A stretch of 64,000 nt of DNA. It comes from a virus (taxonomy: Duplodnaviria; Heunggongvirae; Uroviricota; Caudoviricetes). Of the stretch, positions 57,621 to 64,000 are shown piece after piece (position 1 is the first letter of the stretch; the number at the start of each line of letters is the position of its first letter). The notes under the pieces were generated by a model that had not been told where the DNA came from, ran no database searches, and was given only the letters and a program-made list of their open reading frames with translations. The translations under genes were made by a program, and so were the position numbers. The stretch spans positions 12,413 through 76,412 of IMG/VR virus record IMGVR_UViG_3300017766_004476; one strand, 5' to 3'.

Positions 57621-58322
57621 TTAAGATTGCGGTTTCTGAAAGATAAATGCCCCTACAGTTAAGAAGCCTAAATCCTTTACATCAAAGGGATTTTCCGGCA
57701 TTTCTACACTATCAGGACCTATAATTTCAAAGCCCGCGCTCTTAATAATATTTATGAAATCCTGAGGTGAAAGCCACTCAGAAGTTGGGGGATTTTTCCC
57801 ATTATTTAAGTCAGAACTTACCACAAAATACCCACCCGGCTTAAGCTTTTTATAGATGATTTTACAGCTTTCTGATAAACCGATATTCTGTGTGTTATAT
57901 CCATATTCAGGCTTAAAGTGAATAAGGGAACATCCATCAACTACCACATCATAGAAGTCGTCGAAAAGCTGGTCACTTTGAGTAAGGAAGTTAATTTCCT
58001 TAAACTCAATGTTGTCCATATCATAATCTTTCAGACCTGGAATAATTCCCTTATCTGAACAGAACCAATTCTGACCATAGTTGATATCAACATTAGTAAC
58101 ACAGCAGCACTTACTCATTAAAAATGTAGTTGCAGAATAGCCTCCACCTACATCAAGGAGTCGATTAACAGAACCCACATGAATGCGGAGTAAGTCAATT
58201 ATTGCACACCATTTAAGCTGTGCATCAAAATTGAGCTTATCATATCCATTATCCTTAAGAAGCTTATAGACTTGAGGAAATTCTGTCTCAAGATTTACGT
58301 CATTAGAAAATATCTTACTCAT
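57621..58322 (-). CDS. class I SAM-dependent methyltransferase
   Basis: Motif I LLDVGGGYS and LKPGGYFVV. Confidence 0.6.
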   Translation of the reverse strand: MSKIFSNDVNLETEFPQVYKLLKDNGYDKLNFDAQLKWCAIIDLLRIHVGSVNRLLDVGGGYSATTFLMSKCCCVTNVDINYGQNWFCSDKGIIPGLKDYDMDNIEFKEINFLTQSDQLFDDFYDVVVDGCSLIHFKPEYGYNTQNIGLSESCKIIYKKLKPGGYFVVSSDLNNGKNPPTSEWLSPQDFINIIKSAGFEIIGPDSVEMPENPFDVKDLGFLTVGAFIFQKPQS

Positions 58323-58828
58323 GTTAAGAGAAAATTATAGCAGAGGGTGTATTTATCGAGAAGGTTACCTGCTTTGAGATCTGACATATTATGAGTCAAA
58401 TCTGCCAATTTAACAATTTTAGTATCTAAACCATCTTTAATAGTTTGAAGATATCCCAGAATACATAACTCATCTTTATTCGGACGAGAAAGATATTGGA
58501 CATTACATTGAACTTGCCACCCTATCAACTTATTAGGGATCATACCAGGTAATAGCTCCATCTGAAATTTAGTGTCTTCTGCAAGGTCGTGGAGCAGAGC
58601 AGTGCAGGTAATAATTTCTAGAGCTTCTTGAATTCGATATGCTGGAAGCTTATAGATTAGAGGTGCAATTTGAGTTGCAATCTCTGCAACAGGACAGCAA
58701 TGATGAAGAAAGTAATTCAGATTTGAGTTCTTCCTAACCTGATCACCATGTTCTTTCAACCCCAAATTAAAGCACATCTCCGTGCTGGGGGTCACCATGA
58801 TATTAAAGTCACGAATATTAGGAGTCAT
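58319..58828 (-). CDS. HD-domain phosphohydrolase-like protein
   Basis: H…LHDLAED motif. Start at MTPNIRD. Confidence 0.5.
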   Translation of the reverse strand: MTPNIRDFNIMVTPSTEMCFNLGLKEHGDQVRKNSNLNYFLHHCCPVAEIATQIAPLIYKLPAYRIQEALEIITCTALLHDLAEDTKFQMELLPGMIPNKLIGWQVQCNVQYLSRPNKDELCILGYLQTIKDGLDTKIVKLADLTHNMSDLKAGNLLDKYTLCYNFLLT

Positions 58829-58829
58829 A

Positions 58830-59138
58830 TTACTTAATTGATTCGACAAAGATGATGGTACCTTCAAAAACACCCATGTTCGACTTCTCTTTAAAGGTAA
58901 GAGTTTCTGCAACATCGTTAGTAGTTGCAGGTCGTGTCAGATACCACAAGTTATCCTGCTTATAGGTAACATTGAGAAGCTTGGTGTTTGGAGGGAGGTT
59001 AATGGTCATTGAACCCCCATAGTGCTTTGCACGTTGATTGTCGGTACAGCCTACAGAGCTCAAAAGAGCTGCAATAAGTGCACAGGTGGCAATTAAAGTG
59101 AGGGTATTACTGATATGTTTCTTCATAAATTTGTTCAA
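58830..59138 (-). CDS. secreted/lipoprotein (signal peptide, LSSVGC)
   Basis: N-terminal hydrophobic segment and a Cys. Confidence 0.5.
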   Translation of the reverse strand: MNKFMKKHISNTLTLIATCALIAALLSSVGCTDNQRAKHYGGSMTINLPPNTKLLNVTYKQDNLWYLTRPATTNDVAETLTFKEKSNMGVFEGTIIFVESIK

Positions 59139-60231
59139 TTAAATTTCTTAATTGTTTATCTTCGATAGTATCGTGTAAAAGCATTCGAAATGCAAGTGAT
59201 TGTCGAGATTTGATAATATTATTTCGTATCCACTCTGCTTGTTGAGCACGAGGTAACTCGAACACATTATGAATACCAAACAGTATCCGTAGTTGTGCTG
59301 CGATACTAAGAATATCTGCATGTACCTTATAAAGACGTTGGATAAAAGATTGCCAATACTCTAAGATTTCAAAATCATAAGTATTCTCAATATAAGACTG
59401 AAAGTGATCTTTAGGAGGCTTACCAAGATTAAACCACAAATCGAGCATCTTCTTCTCAGATGCAACTTCAGTCTTGAGGTGATGGATATTCCGATACCAA
59501 TCAGATTTGCACTTATGAAGAACTTGATCATTTTGTGAGTAAACTACTACACCCTCTTCACCTTTGAGTGCTTTGATAGCATCTTTGAGAGACTCAATAT
59601 TGTCGTAATGATAATATTTCGGACGCTTAAAGAGACCTTTAACTGCTAAATTGTTAAGGGTAATTTGCTCTGCTAATCGATAGTCTTGATGATATACATT
59701 ACCAATCAAATAAAAGTCAGGCTCATAGTAATGAATGACAATTTGGTTTATAGGTGATACCCACTCAAACAAAAGAGAGAAGTCCCAATTCTCTGATAGA
59801 GGTAGAATTTGAGAAATAGTAGGAATAAGCCGCTCTTTAAACTTTTCAAGCTCTTGCCAATTTTTATGTCCTCGCGAGGTAACCAATCCTGCGCGGGTGC
59901 GGAATATAAAGGTTTCCTTATATCGTGAGACAATTAAAAGTGACCCGTCTAATTTCTCAAGAACATTACATTGTGTAATATCTGTAGGCTCGGAAAATAA
60001 TTCAGACTTCTCATCCCAATTAAAGAATTTAGGAAATCCGGCACTTACGAGCTCTCCTTTTGCATTCCACATAGAGGATCTAAAGATGAGATTATCTTTA
60101 GTCCAGACAACGGGAGCATTCTTGATAGGTTCAACCAGGAAAAGAGTTTCTCTTTCACCAGATGAAAGGAGGAATTCAATATTTTTGATACTGAATTCCT
60201 TCCGATTTAATACTGACAAGTCTCTAATCAT
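59107..60231 (-). CDS. rnlA: RNA ligase 1 (T4 RnlA/gp63 homolog)
   Basis: 374 aa, the same length as T4 RnlA. Motif I LEKLDGSL, EGVVVY and HKCKSDWY align with T4 KEDGSL, EGYVAV and KIKSDWY. Confidence 0.8.
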   Translation of the reverse strand: MIRDLSVLNRKEFSIKNIEFLLSSGERETLFLVEPIKNAPVVWTKDNLIFRSSMWNAKGELVSAGFPKFFNWDEKSELFSEPTDITQCNVLEKLDGSLLIVSRYKETFIFRTRAGLVTSRGHKNWQELEKFKERLIPTISQILPLSENWDFSLLFEWVSPINQIVIHYYEPDFYLIGNVYHQDYRLAEQITLNNLAVKGLFKRPKYYHYDNIESLKDAIKALKGEEGVVVYSQNDQVLHKCKSDWYRNIHHLKTEVASEKKMLDLWFNLGKPPKDHFQSYIENTYDFEILEYWQSFIQRLYKVHADILSIAAQLRILFGIHNVFELPRAQQAEWIRNNIIKSRQSLAFRMLLHDTIEDKQLRNLIEQIYEETYQ

Positions 60232-60644
60232 TTTTACGTATTTTAACCTTAGGTCGTCGATTCTTTCCGATTTTTACAGTAACTGTGTACTTTCCGGTAT
60301 CGATATCAACCACATTTTTATTGCCAGAGATAGGCCAATGATTTAACTCAAATGAAATATCAGAGCCAAGTCCTTGGTGATGTCTGATAATAAATGGGTC
60401 GTTCATATCAGCGCCCTGGCAGACCAGCTTCCCACTCTGAGAGGGCGACTTGATGATTGTTGTGAAACTTGTACTGCGCCATCAAGCTCGGTCCACTCGA
60501 TCCATTCCGCTTGTTTTGAGTCTGATTACCCGGATCACGAAAGTACATTTCTGCCTTCTGAGGCTGTGTGAGATTGCGTACGGACTTCTTTGTAATTTTC
60601 ATATGTAAATAATATGTTACTTTATGGGATGTTCAATTAAATTC

Positions 60645-60884
60645 TTAGACAGTTAGCGTAACCACACTATTAGGAGGAAGTATTTCCCATTCTTTTAAAT
60701 CAAATAAAGGAATACCTTTATTAATTTTTCCACCTATTTTATACGACGTCGCACCTACACATAATACAGTATAAGATTCGTCTGATTCACTTAATACTAC
60801 TAAATGTGTAGACTTGTGACGTGCAAGTACTGGATGCTTTATTTCTACACCCGGCGCTGGTGCGATATGTAAATGTGATTTCAT
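60645..60884 (-). CDS. hypothetical protein (~79 aa)
   Basis: Internal start abuts the upstream gene. Confidence 0.4.
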   Translation of the reverse strand: MKSHLHIAPAPGVEIKHPVLARHKSTHLVVLSESDESYTVLCVGATSYKIGGKINKGIPLFDLKEWEILPPNSVVTLTV

Positions 60885-60885
60885 A

Positions 60886-61854
60886 TTATTTGATAGGCTT
60901 GAAGATCTTACCGGTCTTGACCCAGCGTGCATCTTCACCGCGGCCTTCTTTAGTGAGGAAGCCACCATTAACCAAATCGTTGAGACGCCAGGTTGCACGT
61001 TGCGAATCTCCGATGATATCTGCAACATTAACTACGGTAATCTCTTTGCAGCCGAGAATCTTCGCAAGCTCATCTTGACGACGCTGCTGTTTCGTAGAGA
61101 CCTTCAAGATCTTCTTAGGTTGATCGAGACCTGCGATTTCATCATCAGAGACTTCAGGAGTTGCTTCAAAATCGAAGCCTGCAGAGGTCATCTGAAGGGT
61201 ACATTCACCGAGAGCACCAAAGCGATTCTTCTGAGGACAGAAGAGTACCCGAATTCCTGAATCTCCATTGCTATCACCCACATTGCGAAGCTTGAGATTA
61301 CAATCTGTTGCATGAGGGATAAGAGTAGTGCCCTTCATCTCTTCTGCTTTGGTTACATGAACAATAACTCCAATCGCACACTCAGTTACCTTTGCAGCTT
61401 GAATAATGCGATTGATGCAGTACTCTTCCTTCTTCCGAGAGTTGAACTTCTGCTTGGTCGTAAGACTGTTGAAGCTGTCAACAATAAGCAAATCAAGATC
61501 TTTTGCTTTATCACACACAACATCAACATCAGAGATGTTTGCGATAGGAACCGTTTTAATTCCTGTGCGTTGGGAATTATATGCAATCTGAGTCACATGC
61601 TCTTCAGACGATGCATATCCCACTTCATACCCTGCGAGTTGATACAGGCTCAAAAGCTGCATCAGAAGTGTCGTCTTACCAGTTCCAGGAGGAGCATCAA
61701 GCGTAAAAGATGATGTCGGAAGAATACCGCCACCGAAGAGCCGGTCAATCTTCTCAACACCGCACTTAAGGCGACGCTTGAAGATATCAGGGATTTTAAT
61801 ATCCCCTACTGGTTTAAAGTCTGTTTGTTCGAGACTCAGATTTAATGCAGACAT
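60886..61854 (-). CDS. RecA-superfamily ATPase, RadA/Sms-core-like (KNRFG) with C-terminal HTH-like segment
   Basis: Walker A PPGTGKTTL, Walker B LLIVDSF, and the KNRFG motif. Confidence 0.7.
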   Translation of the reverse strand: MSALNLSLEQTDFKPVGDIKIPDIFKRRLKCGVEKIDRLFGGGILPTSSFTLDAPPGTGKTTLLMQLLSLYQLAGYEVGYASSEEHVTQIAYNSQRTGIKTVPIANISDVDVVCDKAKDLDLLIVDSFNSLTTKQKFNSRKKEEYCINRIIQAAKVTECAIGVIVHVTKAEEMKGTTLIPHATDCNLKLRNVGDSNGDSGIRVLFCPQKNRFGALGECTLQMTSAGFDFEATPEVSDDEIAGLDQPKKILKVSTKQQRRQDELAKILGCKEITVVNVADIIGDSQRATWRLNDLVNGGFLTKEGRGEDARWVKTGKIFKPIK

Positions 61855-61937
61855 ATTTGATTATTTTTGTATTTGATGGTGTGTAACGGTTTTAAATATT
61901 ACACACACAATGTATATGTTTAATTGTGAGCGTGCAA

Positions 61938-62216
61938 TTACTTTTTCTGACGCACTGATTTCGCGGGGTGAATCCGATTTTCTACTTCACGAGCCACCTC
62001 CATAGTGCTCATTTTGGATTCCCAGGGATACCATTCTGCAGTTTCCGGAGAAGAGTCTCCGGTACTCCAATCCCGGGGATCAGTTCGGGGACGGTACACA
62101 TAGGCACCCTTTGTGGTTTGCTTGACAATTACCCCCTTAGTGAAGAATTTACCTTCACGGTAAATCTTGACATGAGTAAAGGTTTGATTGTGTTCAAATG
62201 ACGTGTTTGCATTCAT
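61938..62216 (-). CDS. hypothetical protein (92 aa)
   Basis: ORF. Confidence 0.45.
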   Translation of the reverse strand: MNANTSFEHNQTFTHVKIYREGKFFTKGVIVKQTTKGAYVYRPRTDPRDWSTGDSSPETAEWYPWESKMSTMEVAREVENRIHPAKSVRQKK

Positions 62217-62289
62217 ATATGTAAAATAAGAAATCTTCTAGAGAACTCAAATATTAATTTGGTCTCTAGAAGATTTGTGAGAAGGTTAA

Positions 62290-62532
62290 TTAGCTTGACA
62301 CTTCTTCAGTTTCGGAATACTTAGAAGCAACCTTGAGCTTCCCACTCCGAACTGCAGTACGGATATCACGAGCGAGGTCACGCTTACGAGCCTTATTGAT
62401 GCTCATTGCATGCTGATTGATATCATTCTGAACTGCAACGCCGTTAATATAGATACTACCAGACTTTGTAAGGGTTAACCGTGCAAAGATGGTCTTTGGG
62501 CGATGATTAGGTGTATTTTTTGATATATTCAT
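62290..62532 (-). CDS. hypothetical protein (80 aa)
   Basis: ORF. CTAAATAAAT 41 nt upstream. Confidence 0.4.
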   Translation of the reverse strand: MNISKNTPNHRPKTIFARLTLTKSGSIYINGVAVQNDINQHAMSINKARKRDLARDIRTAVRSGKLKVASKYSETEEVSS

Positions 62533-62583
62533 AACAATTATTATAATGATATGAATATGTAGAATACAAGATATTTATTTAGC

Positions 62584-62880
62584 TTAACGAACTCCCATAC
62601 TTGAATAGTATGCGGTGCGGTAGTAAATGTTGGTAGTTGCACCAGTAGTATATGCGCTAACTGTAGAAGTATTGGTGATTCCTCTGAAGGTAAATGATTC
62701 ACCAGGTTTAATCACAAATGCATGGGTTGTCTCGCTGTATTCATTATCTATGATATACACATCGTTGACCCCTCTATTGACAATAAGTACTTCGCTGCAT
62801 TCCTGAGAACTAAGCGTTCTCACTGCAGTTGTAACTGAGTGATTGAACGAACGACAAACATTTTGATTTACCCATGCCAT
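62584..62880 (-). CDS. hypothetical protein (98 aa)
   Basis: ORF. Confidence 0.45.
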   Translation of the reverse strand: MAWVNQNVCRSFNHSVTTAVRTLSSQECSEVLIVNRGVNDVYIIDNEYSETTHAFVIKPGESFTFRGITNTSTVSAYTTGATTNIYYRTAYYSSMGVR

Positions 62881-62904
62881 ATTAATTATTTATACTCATA
62901 AAGT

Positions 62905-62930
62905 AAAAAAGCCTACATGTTCGTAGGCTT
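62905..62930 (-). terminator. rho-independent terminator
   Basis: AAGCCTAC…GTAGGCTT hairpin followed by TTTTTT on the minus strand. Confidence 0.55.
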
Positions 62931-62994
62931 TGTTCTAAACAATTTTGATTTGAAATAATAATTACACACTCATTAATTAAACAACCCGTTTAGA

Positions 62995-63300
62995 TCAAGC
63001 GATCCTTCGTTCTAAACGCTGTTTAACCGATATGATGACCTTAGATGGAATGACTTCTCCATCTAAATACTTCTTTAATATTTTCGAGTGAATAGAAGAG
63101 ATTGAATATTCTTGTTTGTAATAAGCGTGCTCTGTACCAATATCAATAATTAGATGTTCTGGATATAAATATACTGCTGCGGCCTTTTCAATCTTAACTA
63201 TATACGACAGCGCATAGTATTTCCGAGCCACTTGAGAAATATTTACATTAAGAGGGATATCTATAGATCTCCAGCTTTTAGTTAGTAACTTCATATTCAA
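62995..63300 (-). CDS. hypothetical protein (101 aa)
   Basis: ORF. Confidence 0.45.
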   Translation of the reverse strand: MNMKLLTKSWRSIDIPLNVNISQVARKYYALSYIVKIEKAAAVYLYPEHLIIDIGTEHAYYKQEYSISSIHSKILKKYLDGEVIPSKVIISVKQRLERRIA

Positions 63301-63616
63301 ACTTTATGATAATCTTTGTAGGGTTCTCATATTTCCAAGTATAGCGATAATGATGACCTCTTTCATATTCATCCCGCGCAAAGCACTGTGCATATCCACC
63401 CTTCTTCTTTTTATCCTCATTTATCCACCAATGGGTGTTATCATGAAGGGTATTTAGATTTAATGCAATCCAATGCCAATCTGAAATATGATCTAGATGC
63501 TTTTCTTTGTGTATCTCGTTTAGTGTAACTTTGAGATGCTTAAACTTCTCTACATCAAACATCCGCTGACATTCATTAGTAGCTTCAGGTTCCTTTTTAC
63601 GTCTATAATATAGCAT
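63278..63616 (-). CDS. hypothetical protein (112 aa)
   Basis: ORF. Confidence 0.45.
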   Translation of the reverse strand: MLYYRRKKEPEATNECQRMFDVEKFKHLKVTLNEIHKEKHLDHISDWHWIALNLNTLHDNTHWWINEDKKKKGGYAQCFARDEYERGHHYRYTWKYENPTKIIIKFEYEVTN

Positions 63617-63863
63617 GAGTTACCTTGAACGAATATGCTTCATTACCCAGATTACCAAGCCAATATGTATCGGTAAACTCTCTACAATTCTTCTCGTTAT
63701 CATACCATTCAGTATAAACCGGAACAGATCCAAGCATATCGACTACATAGAGAGGTTGAAACGTACCGGTTACAATAGAGAAGTATTGAACCTGTAGAGT
63801 CTCGAGAAATTTAGCATACTTTGTTGCTAATCTTTTATAGTCTGAAGTAATTTGAAATATCAT
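63603..63863 (-). CDS. hypothetical protein (86 aa)
   Basis: ORF. Confidence 0.4.
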   Translation of the reverse strand: MIFQITSDYKRLATKYAKFLETLQVQYFSIVTGTFQPLYVVDMLGSVPVYTEWYDNEKNCREFTDTYWLGNLGNEAYSFKVTHAIL

Positions 63864-64000
63864 ATTTTTTTAGATTTATGGATATAAAGGAGAATCCCTA
63901 TCCAATACAATGATACTATGATAAGTGGAAATGCAATTGAAAAGCTGTGATGTTTATAGAATGAAAGAAGGACCCCTACATTTGATATAACCGAACATAT

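Noticed and set aside
1-64000. CRISPR array
   Set aside because: No regularly spaced direct repeats with unique spacers were seen. The repeats present are iteron-like, palindromic or gene-leader repeats.

Overview
This 64 kb window looks like an accessory region of a large, AT-rich (about 36% GC) T4-like tailed phage. Almost every gene is on the minus strand, tightly packed, and many overlap by an ATGA stop/start junction. The T4-like assignment is an inference from four observations: a clear homolog of T4 RNA ligase 1 (RnlA); at least 11 genes carrying T4 'capsid-targeting-sequence'-like N-termini; a recurrent CTAAATA-type late-promoter-like motif; and a NadV/NatV-type NAD+ salvage gene set. 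Calls I can support from the sequence include Prs-like PRPP synthetase, NAMPT/NadV and NMNAT-Nudix/NatV, two Nudix hydrolases and a NADAR protein. Others are nucleoside deoxyribosyltransferase-like, metallo-, histidine-, tyrosine- and HD-type phosphatases, an SPFH/band-7 membrane protein and an ECF-like sigma factor. Also present are a second RNA-ligase-family protein with an HNH-like N-terminus, a RadA-like ATPase, vWA, DUF262/ParB-like and SAM methyltransferase proteins, and an HNH homing endonuclease. The RNA genes are a tRNA-Leu(UAA) plus two tRNA-like elements. Most remaining ORFs are small hypothetical proteins. The most unusual feature is a ~4.5 kb island at about 9.7–14.3 kb. It is ~55–68% GC, is flanked by 13-bp direct repeats, and encodes 8 small minus-strand genes that each carry the same TTGCAC-N17-(C/T)AtAcT promoter, mostly placed so the mRNA would be leaderless. 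The island also carries divergent plus-strand promoters driving apparently non-coding transcripts, a 29-bp perfect palindrome and two proteins with Lys/Ala/Pro-rich tails. I treat it as a recently acquired foreign module and the best candidate for an undescribed system.
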